The position numbers and the translations under genes are program-made. DNA of 64,000 nucleotides from Dipteris shenzhenensis (lineage: Eukaryota), in assembly GCA_047967505.1 (NCBI GenBank), contig CM106538.1; one strand, written 5' to 3'. Under the pieces are notes generated by a model. That model ran no database searches. It saw only the letters and a list, made by a program, of their open reading frames with translations, and was not told where the DNA came from. Positions 50,488 to 64,000 of the stretch are shown one piece after another. Each line of letters starts with the position of its first letter. Within the stretch, counting starts at the first letter, position 1.

Positions 50488-53127
50488 CTCTGATTTTGAA
50501 TTTTGTGAGCACTGTTTCTATGGGAAGCAGACTAAATCAGCCCATAAAAGAAGGGGAAAGAAAGAGTTTGAAAAGCTTGATTTGGTGCATTCAGACGTAT
50601 GTGGTCCCATGCCTACATAGTCATTAGGCGGGGCTGAATACTATGTGACATTCATTGATGATGCAACTAGGAAAGTGTGGGCTTATGCTATGGCTCAGAA
50701 GAGTGATGTGTTCCAGGTATTTCAGAAATGACTGGCCTTGGTTGAGAATCAGTCAGGTAGAACGCTAAAATGCCTACGGACTGACAATGGTGGAGAGTAC
50801 CTCTCTCATGACTTTTAGCATTTCTGTGATACACGTGGGATTAAGAGGGAGCTCACATCCCCTCATACTCCAGAGCAAAATCCAGTTGCAGAAAAGATGA
50901 ACCGTACCATTCAAGAAAGGTTGCAATGCATGCTTTCCAATGCAAGTCTTTTTGGTGGTTTTTGGGCTGAGGCAATGAAGACTGCAGTGCATGTGATCAA
51001 TAGATCACCTAGTAAGATTTTGGATGGTGGTATTCCTTAAGAGGCATGGAGTGGCAAGAAGCCCTCTTACTCTCACTTGCGTATATTTTGGTGTGAGGCA
51101 TATGCACATGTGCCAAAAGAGCTTCGAAAGAAGCTAGATCCTAAGTCTAGGAAATGCATCTTTTTGGGTTATGGTGAAATTGGAGAGATGGGCTATCGTC
51201 TCTGGGATCTAGAAGCAAAGAAGATCATACGCAGCCATGATGTGGTCTTCAATGAGAAGAAGATGCATAAGGCACCCATGAGGGATGTGGAAATGAGGAG
51301 AATCACTTTCCAGGATGTGAATCCACCTGCATATGTTGATAGACAGCAAGCTGTCCATGCACCAAATGTGCAAGAAATGGTACCACCAAGTACTCCCACA
51401 GGTATACAATCAAGGGTAGATGATGGATCATCTATTGGTGGAAATGATGAGCCAAATGTGGCTGATATGCAGGTGGGACAGCAAGCTGAAATGCCCTTGA
51501 GAAGATCATCTAGAGTGTCTAGACTGCCTGATAAGTGTGTTCCAGGGGTAGACTATGTGATGCTTACTGATTGCGGGGAGCCTTCTTGCTACAGAGAGGC
51601 TATGATGCGTGAGGATCAATGCAAGTGAGAGTATGCTATGTAATCAGAGATGAGTTCACTTATGAAGAATAAGACTTGGGACTTGGTTTCTTTGCCACAT
51701 GGAAAGAAAGCATTGCCATGTAAATGGGTCTACAAAATGAAGTTCATAGGTGATGATGTGCCTAGGTACAAGGCCCGTTTGGTTGCTAAAGCGTTCAAGC
51801 AAGAGAAGGGTGTAGAATTTGATGAGATATTCTCTTCGGTTGTGAAGATGACCACACTTAGATGCATGCTTGGACTAGTGGCAGTAGAGGATATGGAGCT
51901 TATGCAGATGGATGTCAAGACAGCTTTCTTGCATGGGGATTTGCATGAGGAAATTTACATGGTGCAGCCAGAAGGCTTTGAAGAAAAGGGCAAAGAGCAT
52001 TTAGTTTGCAAGCTGAAGAAGAGTCTCTATGGTCTTAAGCAAGCGCCTAGAGAATGGTATCAGAAGTTTGATGCTTTCATTCAGTCCCAGGGTTTTAGAA
52101 GGAGTGAAATTGATCACTCCCTCTACACTAAAAGGGCTAAGGATAATAGCCTGATAATCTTGGAACTATATGTGGATGATATGCTATTGGCTAGCAAGAA
52201 TACTTATGAGCTAGATGCATTAAAGGCCAAGTTGCATGAGGCCTTTGATATGAAGGATTTGGGATTTGCAGGTCATATTCTTGGTATGCGCATCATGCGT
52301 GATCGGAGTAGGAAACTCCTTTGGCTTTCACAAAAAGAGTATGTTACAAAAGTATTGCAGCGTTTCAATATGGAGTGGGGGAAGGCAATGAGTACTCCAT
52401 TGCCTCCATATGTGAAACTGAGTCATACAGATAGTCCCAAATCAGAAGAGGAGAGGGCCATGATGGCCAAGGTTCCTTATGCATCAGCAGTTGGGAGTCT
52501 TATGTATGCTATGATAGCTACTAGACCAGACATTGCATTTGCAGTGGGAGTTGTTAGCCGGTATATGGCTAATCTAGGAAAGAGGCATTGGGATCAGTTA
52601 AGTGCATCATGAGGTACATGAAGGGTACCAAGGAGATGTGCATCTACTTTGGTAGAGGAGACATGCGTGTACTTGGGTACACAGATTCAGACTATGCAGG
52701 GCATGTGGATAGTAGGAGATCCACTTCTGGTTATGTGTTCACCTTTGCAGGTGGTGCAGTGTCGTGGATGTCTCGCGCACAGAAGTGCGTTGCTTTGTCT
52801 ACCACAAAGGCTGAGTATGTTGCAGCCACAGAGGGTTGCAAGGAGGCTATATGTCTTGATCGGCTAGTGGGAGATTTGGGGATTCATGCAGGTGTACCGA
52901 CATTGCATAGTGATTCCATGAGTGCTATTCAACTAGCACGGAATCCGGTCTTTCATGCAAGGACCAAACACATTGAGGTTAGGTACCATTTCATCAGGGA
53001 GGTACTTGAGGACAAGCGCATAGAGCTTGTCAAGGTTCATACAGATGATAACCCTGCAGATATGCTGACGAAGAGTCTACCTAGTCAGCGGTTTGAGCAT
53101 TGTCGTGTATTGATGGGCATTGGATAG
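50488..53127 (+). pseudogene. C1 pol (INT-RT-RH) with stops and frameshifts
   Basis: ORFs 51077-51628, 51650-52612, 52588-53127 plus a broken integrase core. Confidence 0.92.
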
Positions 53128-53180
53128 TATGCTCACTGGTTGTTCTTCCTTAAAGGCACATTGTCCTTTAAGTGGGAGGT

Positions 53181-53357
53181 TGTGGGGGTTAAAGGTCACT
53201 GTGCCTTTACCCCGGTTATGTACAATACTCAAACACATATATAAATGAATGAAAAAGAAGATTAGGGTGGTTCTGCACCCACCAAAACTTGTGTGGCTCT
53301 CTGTCTCTCTCTCTCTCTCTCCTTCTTCCATACTTGCTTCCGTTGAGAGCACTCTCA
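53181..53357 (+). repeat. C1 3' LTR (177 bp)
   Basis: TGTGGGGG...CTCTCA; partner of 7628-7804. Confidence 0.93.
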
Positions 53358-53611
53358 CTCGAGCCATTGTAGTACAAGACTGTGGGGTGGTTTCTTTGGT
53401 AGACATTGGATGGCCAAAACTACAAGATGTTCAAAAATATGCGGAAGAAGGCATGTTTCCTGGAGGGTCAACTCCACAATAGAAGCACTAGATATTGGTA
53501 AGGAAGGGCTTTCCCTATACTATTGTTGATGACATTCTTTATAAATTAGGAAAAGATAAGTTGCTATATCGGGTGTTCTATCCCATGGAGACTAGGAGAA
53601 TCCTAAAAATG
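53358..53611 (+). mobile_element. G2 fragment continuing from the C1 insertion site (aRH-to-integrase linker)
   Basis: AIVVQDCGVVSLVDIGWPKLQDVQKY matches the uninterrupted ELATQAIVIQDQGVVSLVDTGW at 62048-62293. Confidence 0.9.
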
Positions 53612-55610
53612 TGTAAAAAATAGGAAGAATGAGTCAGATAAAGAGGTGGGCGCATGTCCATGTGTTCTAATAATATAAGAGAGATAACATGCCAAGCGTG
53701 TGGAAGGCATGTGGAGGAGTGTGGATTCAAGAGGAATCCTTCTAGAATTCCTATGTGGAATAAGGAGGATGTGGACATATGGAAAAGAGAGGGTCCCTAT
53801 GGGCTCCATGTGGGGAGACTCTTAACTTTCTCAATATTTTAAGAGTCTTGAGCATATTTTGATGGGACACATCGCAAGAGTAGCCAAAAAGGACATGGAT
53901 GGTGACATACAGGCTTATGTGATTGATGGGGAAAGGAATCTATAGGCAGCAATTGTAAATGAGTAAAGTAGGGTGATAAAATCTCTATGAAAGGAGCCCT
54001 CCTCTCCCTTGTTCGACATCTCTTCCACCATTGAGCCTCATGTTGCTGTAGCTCTAGTATCTTCAAGCCTCTTCCATGAGTCTTCTCTCTCCCTCTTGTA
54101 GATATCCTCTTATGTAGACTCTTGAGTCCATATCTCTCTACTTCATTCTCTTTCTATGAGTAGCCTTGGAGCTCCTGCTCCCTCTTGTATGTATGAAACC
54201 TCTTCTTCTCCCTTGTGTTTATATTATTTTGAGTTGTGTTTGAGTAGAGTCTCACTCTATTGGTAATAATGAAGGTCACTTCAGGTTCTCTCTCTTGAGT
54301 GTCTCTCCGCTTTTTCCATTGGTCTCTCTTCCAAAGTGCTCAAAAGTGTTGTCTGTTCAGCCGCTCATTGCGCACACATGGTCCACCCATTTCTTGAGCC
54401 ACAAAGGGCATTTGTTTCTCTCTCCTAGGTCACCTCTATGGGATTCGGATCGTTGATGAAGTGTAAGTATGGAGGGAGTATTCTCCCAAGTCGGCATCAG
54501 TAGGAGTAGGTGTTTTTCATGGCTGTTTGACCCCTTGTCAGTATTTTGCTCATAACTTTTTACTCGATGCTCCAATTTTGACAAAACTTATATCAGACAA
54601 AGCTCTCTTTAAGGAACATTGCATTGTGTGATTATATCTTGTGTTTGATACAAACCCAAAAAGTTATGAGTCTCTATGTCAGATAGTCTGTGTTTATTAT
54701 TATAGTTTTTACCCCCGTTTAGTAAGCCGCCCATATCTTTTCGACTGCTTCTCTGTTTCTTACAAAACTTATATCAAAGCGAAGCCCATTTCAAGGAGCA
54801 TCTCTATATGTGTTTGAATCTTTGATATCATGTCTTTCTTGGAAGTTATGGGCCTCTGTGTCTGATGATATTTTGCTGAGTGTTTTGAGCTAATTGTAAA
54901 GGTATCTATGAAGGAGGTGCAATGTTTCCCCGGAACCTACCCATTAGACCCAATTAGCCCCTTTAAACTCCTCGATATATATCATTTCATGTCATGTTGA
55001 GCTGCAAGATCTTCTTTCAATAATGTATCGCTCTTCTCTTTGGCATAGACCGGCTTGTTGAGATTACGGCTTCCTGCTGATCCTTTCCTTCTCCCTATGC
55101 TTGAGTACAACATCACTTGGGATGTTACCATCTTCATTCTCATCTAACGGAGGAAAGTATGGTGTGGTCTCTTGGTATAGAAGCTTCTTTTTAATGTCCC
55201 TTTCCTAGTGATAAGTATCTCTATCACTCAATTCAAAAGTAGTAGGAAGTGAAGAGGTGTGTGAAATTTATTACCCCCAATGTCATGTCACAATACTTCC
55301 TAGGTGTTTGGTTGTGAGAGCTCACAGACAACATCCTAGCCATCCAAACCATCTTGTGTTGGTGAATATCTTTGGGGAATCTTGTTGAGATGGTCATCTA
55401 GAGCTTGGAGGAGATGGATTAGTGATTGAATTTGGGTGTACCACTCCAAATTTTCCTATAGCCAAGTGTTTGCCTCCCTTAGCTCTTCATTGTCGATAGC
55501 TTCTTGACATGATCGGGGGTTCTCCTTCTCAAGCATCTCTATTTTGGCCTAGGCTGCATGGTATTGCTTTGGGTTGATCCTTTGTTGTGCATTCTTCACT
55601 ACATGCTACA
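53612..55610. mobile_element. Non-coding, LTR-like insertion of an unidentified family
   Basis: Begins TGTAA where G2 homology stops; no coding signal; right end and TSD not established. Confidence 0.35.
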
Positions 55611-55804
55611 AGTGATACTTATTTCATTAATTTTGGACTTGTCAATGTACAAATTCATTTTAATAGATATTTTTGAACTAGTTTATGGATAAAATTTAAG
55701 GAAAAACTCACTCTTGTCCTCCCCTCCCCTCTCCCCCCTTTCCCTCTCCCCCCTCCCTCTCTCTCGTGTTGTGCTCCCCTTCCCCTCCCCCTCTCCCTTT
55801 CCTT

Positions 55805-57488
55805 GAAAATACCATTAGATCCACTAGCCCATACACAAATAACTCACCCCATACCAAGGTATTTATCATTCATACACATGGTATTTACAATGATCCATTC
55901 TACTCATCCTCTCAATCCCATATAATATCTTAGGAATTCTCCTAGCTATGCTCACTGAATCAAAATGACCGGAGCATTCATGACACATTTTTAGGATTCT
56001 CCTAGTCTCCATGGGATGGAACACCTAATGGAGCACCTTATCTTTTCCTAATTTATAAAGAATGTCATCAACAATAGTGTAGGGACAAGCCTTCCTTACC
56101 AATATTTGCTTCTTTTGTGGAGTTAACCCTCGAGGAAACATGCCTTATTCCACATATTGCTGAACATCTTGCAGTTTTGGCCATCCAGTGTCTACCAAAG
56201 AAATCACCCCATGGTCTTGTACTACAACGGCTTGAGCAGCTAACTCATCTGCCCTTTGATTTTCTTTTCTGTTCATATGAAAAAACTTGCAAAAATCAAA
56301 CTGACTACGTATTGCCATAGCCTTCTAATTAAGCTCCTTCAAATGGGGACTTGTTGTCGTATAATGCTCTTGCATTTGCTTTATAATAAGCTGAGTTGCA
56401 AAGATACACTTGGATTTACATAAAAGTCTTGAGACCAATTAGGGGGCTTCAATATTGGGCCCTTACTCATGGCCTCCTTAAGTTGCTGAAAAAAATCCTA
56501 TTTCTCCACACCCCATTGGAAAGAAACTCCTTTTCTTGTCAACAAGTTCATTAGATGCACTATCTATGTGAAATCATCACAAAAGCATTGATAATACTTG
56601 CTCTTGCCTAGAATTCTACGAACACCAGTCACATTGTCAGGATTTGGCAATGTCATGATTGCTTGAACCTTGTCAGGATCCATTCTGCAAGCCTTCTTCA
56701 GACACAATATGCCCCAACAAGACTACTTTTGTTTGAGCCAAATAAAGCTTGCTAGGATTTAGACACCCTTTTTCTTCAATCAATCCTAGCTAACACCATC
56801 TTTAACTTCCCCATGTGATCTATTTGCCGAGAATAAATGCGGAAATCATCCAAAAATACCCTTATGAACTTTCCCAAGTAAGGCTCAAGGACTTGAATCA
56901 TGAACCTTTGAAATGTAGCGGGTGCATTGGTCAACCCAAAAGGCATCACTCTATAAGCAAAAGCTCCCCCAGGTGTGACAAATGATGTCTTCTTTTGATC
57001 TTCCTCCCGAATGCACATTTGAAAGTACCCAGAATACCCATCACATACAGAATACATCTCATGCCATGCTACTTGGTCTAGTATTTCATCTTGGAATGGC
57101 AAAGGAAAATGATCCCTCTTAGTGCATGCATTCAAAGGATGAAAGTCCACACAAACCTGCCACTTATTTTCTTTCTTTGGTGTGACAACTACAAGAGATA
57201 CCCATTATGAAACATCAATAGGAAAGATGAATCCAACCCCAAGTAGTTGTGTTACCTCTTTCTTTAGTGCCTTAGCTTGGATCAACCCCAATCGCCTTAA
57301 GCGTTGCACAACTGGCTTGCTTTCTAGCTTCAACGCATTGGCTTCAATGCAATCTTGTGCTCCACAAGAGAGACTAGTCAGACCTGTGAATAGGTTGTTG
57401 CAATGACATATGGAAAATCATCTAACATATCCAAGTACTAGAGCTTCTCACTACCTGATAGAGAATCACCAAGAAGCTCTTCATTGCA
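55805..57488 (-). mobile_element. G2 gypsy pol fragment (RT, deleted RH, partial aRH, integrase N-terminus)
   Basis: CDGYSGYFQ, FGLTNAPATFQR, FLDDF; colinear with 61810-63995 apart from a deletion at ~56395. Confidence 0.9.
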
Positions 57489-60400
57489 TGTTGAGATATC
57501 GAGCTCCATTTGTGATCTGCCAAGGTGACCATTGTGCATTTATGTCACCAACTTGTTAGCTACAGATGCGATTGGTACACTGCCCATGAATAATAGCTGG
57601 ATGATAGCTATCTTTATGCACTATAGTTAGTGGCTCAGTTAGTATGCCACCTTAGTTAGCTGAGTTTGGTTTGAGACCCACCTATAGGGTTCAACTATTC
57701 TTTTGTACTTAGAGTTCTTTTGGCTTTCACAACCAAGAAGAGGAAAACTATTTTCAGCCTCCACTTTTGTGTGTATTCCCCCATTGTGTATGTGAGAAAG
57801 CTGTAAGTGAGACTCCTTCCTTCTCTCCCACTCTCTTCAGATGGGTTTTAGAGCTTGGTTCGTGGTAATTAGGAGCTCAAGAAAGCAAACCAAGTTCGCG
57901 GTGTCCTAGTAAGAGGATCAGTGTTGCTTTCCTTTTTTTTCGAGTTTGGGACCAAATCTCTATAGGTAGCATAGTCGAAAAGTCCAAGAGTGCACTGTCT
58001 CAGATTGGGGCGCCCTTCGCGGTATGGCGAGAGGGCAATATATGCTATAAGAGAGGGTGAGGTCCACGGTGAAATTATTTTTTTGATTTGAGGTCATTTC
58101 GGGGCCTGCTTTGGTGGCGAAAGTTTTCCACAGGCACTCAGAAAAGTGCCCTATTTTTGTTGTGCGACCACTGTTCTGTAGGTCGGTGAAAAGTTGCCGT
58201 TGAAATTGCATCGTATGCATGTGCACAAAGATATTGGGAGTGATAGAATCATTCTTATTGCCTGTTGATGCAAAATCGTCACTAAGAAGTGACTGTGTGG
58301 TCAAATACAACTTTCATCAATTTTGCAGATTTGCCTTTGTGAGGCAGAAGTTGTGTTTTTTGCAGTGACAGAATATTTTTGCAGTGTTTTGTAATGGCGT
58401 CTGATGCTAATTCACAGATAGTCACTGAAAAGCTTGACAAGAACAACTTCCCAGCATGGAAGTTTGGAATGACAAATTTCCTTAAGGGAAAAGGCTATTG
58501 GGAGTTCATTAGTGGAGCTGAACAAGAACCAGTTATTCCTAATGTTCCCAATAAAAAGGAGTTGTAGGCATTTAAAGGCTGGCATGAGAGGGCCAGAAAA
58601 GTAGAAGGGTATAGACTCTATAACCCTTCTACTCGTAAGTTTACAGTGACCATAGATGTTGTTTTTGATGAGATGAGCACCTAGTATAAACAAGTAAATG
58701 TGATTGATGATTGAGATGCACAGAATGGTAATGCTACATAGAATTCACAGCAGCAATCACAAAATATTAGTGGACCTGTAGTGTGCTCTAGTAGTGGTTC
58801 ACATACTTTTCCATGGACAGGCAGATTGAGATCAAGAGGATCTCCTCAAAGCAATGCAAATAGTGGTATGCAAGTATCACGAAAGGGAAAAGAGAAAGTA
58901 GATCAGCCCATGGTTGATGTAAATGCAGGTCACTCTTATGTGGATGGTGAATCCAGTGGCTCAGAACAGAGCATTGATAAAGAGTTTGGTATTCCTTCTG
59001 TTGTTACACCTAGAGTAAGGAAGACAAGGGATGTTTTGAGAGCACCTGGTAGTAAACCTATTTTGCATAGGTCTACCAGAGCTAGGTATCCTGTGGATAG
59101 GCTGAAATATGATGGATTTACATCTATTCACTATGCCTATATGGTCAAAGTGATACATGAACCAGAACCCACTTCTTTTGAGCGAGTCATGGGAAAAGAA
59201 AAATGGGAGAAAGCCATGGATGAAGAAATGGATGCCTTAGAAGCAAATGCTACATGGGAATTGGTGCCTTTGCTTAAAGACAAGAATGCAATTGGCTAGA
59301 AGTGGGTTTATAAGGTGAAGCACAATGTAGATGGTTTTATGAACAGATACAAGGCAATATTAGTTGTCAAGGGGTATGCACAAACATATGGCATTGATTA
59401 TGAAGAAACATTCAATCCGGTTGCAAGGACAGCAACAATAAGAGTAGTCATTGCTATGGCTACATCAAGGAGATGCTCTTTACATCAGATGGATGTAAAT
59501 AATGCTTTCTTGCATGGTGATTTGCAAGAAGAGGTCTATATGGAGTAGCCACCAGGTCATGTTCATGCTGTTCATCCTGAGTTTGTTTGCAGGTTGAAGA
59601 AAGCCTTGTATGGCTTAAAGCAAGCACCGAGCTGACAAGATAGGACATTATCTTGTCACTATTGGCTTTCAGATTTCCAAGTCAGATTTCTCACTTTATG
59701 TGAGAAAGGCATTATGCTGCTTGTCATTTATGTTGATGATTTGATCATCACAGGTGATAGTGATGAAGATATTCTTCATGTGAAAATGCTATTAAAGCAG
59801 AAGTTTGAGATGAAGGATTTGGGAGAGCTGGTTACTTCTTGGGCATTGAGGTGATTAGATCCACAAGTGTGATATGGCTCTTACAGAGGCAGTATGGACA
59901 TGTTGTCCAAATATGGGATGAGAGGATGTAAGCCTATTTCAGTTCCTTTGGAGCAGAGTGTGAAGTTGAGCGCAGATGCAGGTGAGCTTCTGGAAGACCC
60001 TACTATGTACAGATGCATAGTAGAAAGTTTGATTTATATGACTATTACAAGGCTAGATTTGAGCTATGTTTTTGGGTTGGTAAGTCAGTTTATGCAGGAT
60101 CCAAGGAAACCGCATTTAGATGAGGCTAGAGGTATGTGAAGTCCACCCAGAGCATGGTCTGACAAGATAGGACAGTATCTTGTCACTATTGGCTTTCAGA
60201 TTTCCAAGGCAAATTTCTCACTTTATGTGAGAAAGGCATTATGTTGCTTGTCATTTATGTTGATGATTTCATCATCATAGGTGATAGTGATGAAGATATC
60301 CTTCATGTGAAAATGCTATTGAAGCAAAAGTTTGAGATGAAGGATTTGGGAGAGCTGGTTACTTCTTGGACATTGAGGTGATTAGATCCACAAGTGGGAT

Positions 60401-61809
60401 ATGGCTCTTGCAAAGGCAGTATGGATTGGACATGCTGTCCAAATATGGGATGACAGGCTATAAGCCTATTTGAGTTCCTTTGGAGCAGAATGTGAAGCTG
60501 AGCACAGATGTAGGTGAGCTTCTAGAAGACCCTACTATGGACAGGCGCATAGTAGGATGTTTGATTTATATGACTATTACAAGGCTAGATTTGAGCTACA
60601 TTGTTGGGTTGGTAACTCAGTTTATGTAGGCTCCAAGGAAACTGCATTTGGATGCAGCTAGGTGCATACTGAGGTATGTGAAGTCCACTTTACAGTATGG
60701 ACTATTTTATGAGACTCGGGTTCACATATAGTTGCATGGATACATTGATGCTGATTGGGCTGGTAGTATTTATGATAGACGATCTACCAGTGGATATGTG
60801 TTCTCTTGTGGGAGTGCTCCAATCACTTGGAGCAGCAAGAAATAGCCTACAGTTGCCTTGTCGAGCACAGAGGCTGAGTATAGAGGCTGAATATAGGGGT
60901 GCAACAATGGCTGCATGTGAGGCATCTTGGTTGCATAAGCTACTTTATGATATGCATCAATCTACAAATGGGCCAATCGTCATTTATTGTGACCACATGA
61001 GCAGTATACACTTGGCAAATAACCCAGTCTATCATGCTAGAACAAAGCACATTGAGGTGCATTATCACTATGTGCAGGGGAAGGTTCTAGTAGGTTTTAT
61101 TGATCTAGTTTATGTCAGCACAGAGGATCAGGTAGCTGACATATTCACAATGGCATTGGGTGTAGAGAAGCTGCGCAAGTTCAGAGACCTGCTTGGTTTG
61201 TACGAATTGGGATTGAGCTCGAGGGAGAGTGTTGAGATATCGAGCTCCACTCGTGATATGCCAGGGTGACCGTTGTGCATTTATGTCATCGACTTGTTAG
61301 CTGTAGATGCGGTTGGTACATTGCCCATGAATAATAGGTGAGCTTTTGGAAGACCCTACTATGTACAGGTGCATAGTAGGAAGTTTGATTTATATGACTA
61401 TTACCAAGCCAGATTTGAGCTATGCTGTTGGATTGGTAAGTCAGTTTATGCAGGCTCCAAGGAAACCCCATTTGGACGCGGCTAAATGCATACTCAGGTA
61501 TGTGAAGTCCACGTTGCAGTATGAACTATTTTATGAGGCTGGGGTTCAGATACAGTTGCATGGATACACTAATGCTGATTGGGCTGGTAGTATTTCTGAT
61601 AGATGATCTACCAGTGGATATGTATTCTCTTTCGGGAGTGCTGCAGTCACTTGGAGCAGTAAGAAATAGCCTACAGTTGCCTTGTCCAGCATAGAGGCTG
61701 AGTACAGGGGTGCAGCAATGGCTGCATGTGAGGTAGCTTGGTTGCATAAGCTACTTTATGATATGCATCAGTCTACAGATGGGCCAGTTGTCATTTATTA
61801 TGACAACAT
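57489..61809 (+). mobile_element. Second C2 copia copy inserted in G2, rearranged (gag-INT deletion, duplicated RT pieces, truncated 3' LTR at 61230-61337)
   Basis: LTR 57489-57839, degenerate PBS, gag EKLDKNNFPAWKF, RT and RH remnants. Confidence 0.9.
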
Positions 61810-64000
61810 ATACATCCTTATGGAGGCATGGCCAAAAGTAACCTGCATTAAGAATTCTCCTAGTAGTGCTTGCTGAAGCAAAATGACCAGAGCATTCATG
61901 ACACATTTCTAGGATTCTCCTAGTCTCCATGGGATGAACCACCCGATGGAGCACCTTGTCTTTTCCTAATTTAAAAAGAATGTCATCAACAATAGTATAG
62001 GGACAACCCTTTCTTACCAATCTCTACTTCTGTTGTGGAGTTAACCCTCAAGGAAATATGCCTTCTTCCACATATTGCTGAACATCTTGCAGTTCTGGCC
62101 ATCCAGTGTCTACCAAAGAAACCACCCCCTGGTCTTGGATTACAATGGCTTGAGTAGCTAACTCATGTGCCCTTTGATTTTCTTTTCTATTTATATGAAC
62201 AAACTTGCAAAAATCAAGTTGACTACATAGTGCCATAGCCTTTTGATTAAGCTCCTTCAAATGAGGACTTCTGGTCTTGTAATGCCCTTGCATTTACTTT
62301 ATAATAAGCTGAGAATCTCCTCTTACTTCCAATTCTTTAACTTGACTTTGAAGACAACCCTCCAGACCAAGAATCAAAGCATTATACTCAGCTGCATTGT
62401 TAGTTGTGATACTTGGAAGCTCTTGTCCTCTTGCCCATACTTCTTGACCTTAAGAATTCATCAAGACCATCCCTCCGGCTCCTTGTTGGCGTGAAGGACT
62501 AAAAGCCCCATCAAAATACAAAACAAAAGCTGTTGGTGGTATATCTCTTTGATCTTTAATGTTTCCTTACATTTCTTTTCTTCTCCTAGATCCTCTCGTC
62601 CCGTGAGCAAATCTACCATAGTGGACCTAGTGGTATTTTCAGTGACAAAAGAGAAAGAAGAGAACTCTTGAAGCTTTGACAACCATTTTGCAAATCTCCC
62701 CCCAGGATTAGGCTTGCGAACTAGATATGCTAATACAGATTGAGAGGTAAGGAAGAAAAATGGTCGAGGTAATAAATAGGAGCAAAACGTTTTGACTGAA
62801 AACACTAAAGAGAGAGATTGCTGCTCCATTTCTTCATACCTTGTTTCCACATCTGTAAGCTATCGGCTGGCATAATACATGGGTTGCATTCTACTTGCCT
62901 CTCCTTTTTGTAGCAATACAGCACCAACTGAATGCAAAGATACACTTGGATTTACATATAAGTCTTGAGCCCAATAAGGGGGCTTCAATATTGGGCCCTT
63001 ACTCATGGCCTCCTTAAGTTGCTGGAAAGACTCTTGTTGCCATTGAAAAGAAACTCCTTTTCTTGTCAACAAGTTCATGGGATGCACTATCTCTGTGAAA
63101 TCATCACAAAAGCATTGATAATACTTGCTCTTTCCTAGAATTTTGCGAACACTAGTCTCTCAGGACTTGGCAATGCCATGATTGCTTGAACCTTATCAGG
63201 ATCTATTTTTAGGCCTTCTTCAGACACAATATGCCCCAATAAGACTACTTTTATTTGATCCAAATGACACTTGCTAGGATTTAGACACCCTTTTGCTTCA
63301 TCAATCCTAGCTAAGGCCATCTTTAACTTCTCCATGTGATCTATGCACTGAGAATAAATGCAAAAATCATCCAAAAACACCCTTATGAACTTTCCTAAGT
63401 AAGGCTCCAGGACTTGACTCATGAACCTTTGAAATGTAGGTGGTGCATTGGTCAACCCAAAAGGCATCACTCTGTAAGCCAAAAATCCCCAAGGTGTGAC
63501 AAATGATGTTTTCTTTTGATCTTGCTCTTGAATACGAATTTGAAAGTACCTAGAATACCCATCACATACAGAATACATCTCATGCCCTACTACTTGGTCT
63601 AGTATTTCATCTTGGAATGGCAAAGGAAAATGATCCCTCTTAGTGCATGCATTCAAAGGATGAAAGTCCACAAAAACCCACCACTTATTTCCTTTCTTTG
63701 GTGTGACAACTACAGGAGATATCCATTCTGAATCATCAATAGGAAAGATGAATCCCGCCTCAAGTAGTTGTGTTACCTCTTTCTTTAGTGCCTCAGCTCG
63801 GATCACCCCCAATTGCCTTAAGTGTTGCACAACTCGCTTGCTTTCTGGCTTCAACTCAATCTTGTGCTCCACAAGAGAGACTGGCCGAACCTGTGAATAG
63901 CTTGTTGTAAAGAGACATGGAAAATCATCTAACATATCCAAGTACTGGAGCTTCTCACTACTTGATAGAGAATCACCAAGAAGCTCTTCATTGCATTGGC
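61810..64000 (-). mobile_element. G2 gypsy pol: RT - RNase H - additional RNase H - integrase zinc finger; continues beyond the right edge
   Basis: ORF 63135-63941 RT (FLDDF), 62461-63087 RH, 62048-62520 aRH (ENQRAHELA), 61751-62020 CHECSGHF..YFWP. Confidence 0.92.

Larger units (their letters stand above)
50488..53357 (+). mobile_element. Copia C1, 3' half (integrase, RT, RNase H, PPT, LTR)
   Basis: FCEHC..GKQ, VHSDVCGP, FIDDATRKVW, RT LYVDDML, RH NPADMLTKSL, PPT AAGTGGGAGG 53170-53179, LTR 53181-53357, then CTCGA. Confidence 0.95.

Overview
Gene-poor, repeat-saturated land-plant DNA. The element types suggest a fern or other seed-free plant, which is inference only. I found no intact host gene, tRNA, rRNA or CRISPR array. 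The window is a stack of nested and fragmented transposons: three Ty3/gypsy families (G1 is young and GC-rich, G2 carries a second archaeal-type RNase H, G3 is degraded), two Ty1/copia families (C1, C2), a LINE tail and a ~182-bp satellite. An 11.9-kb CACTA (En/Spm) element sits inside an older copy of its own family (TSD AAT). It has a spliced 8-exon transposase, a divergent TnpA-like gene and a 3.7-kb array of chained palindromes. A triple nest (G1 in C1 in G2, TSD CTCGA) is split into oppositely oriented halves at the two ends of the window, implying an inversion of >49 kb or a mis-join. The most unusual item is an intron-containing pseudogene at 24.9-26.2 kb (minus strand). It joins a ParB/Srx-like WDGNH(K/R) motif to the SAM-binding C-terminus of a prokaryote-type N4/N6 (amino) DNA methyltransferase, and is flanked by GC hairpins and direct repeats. 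It may be the relic of a methyltransferase-carrying mobile element.
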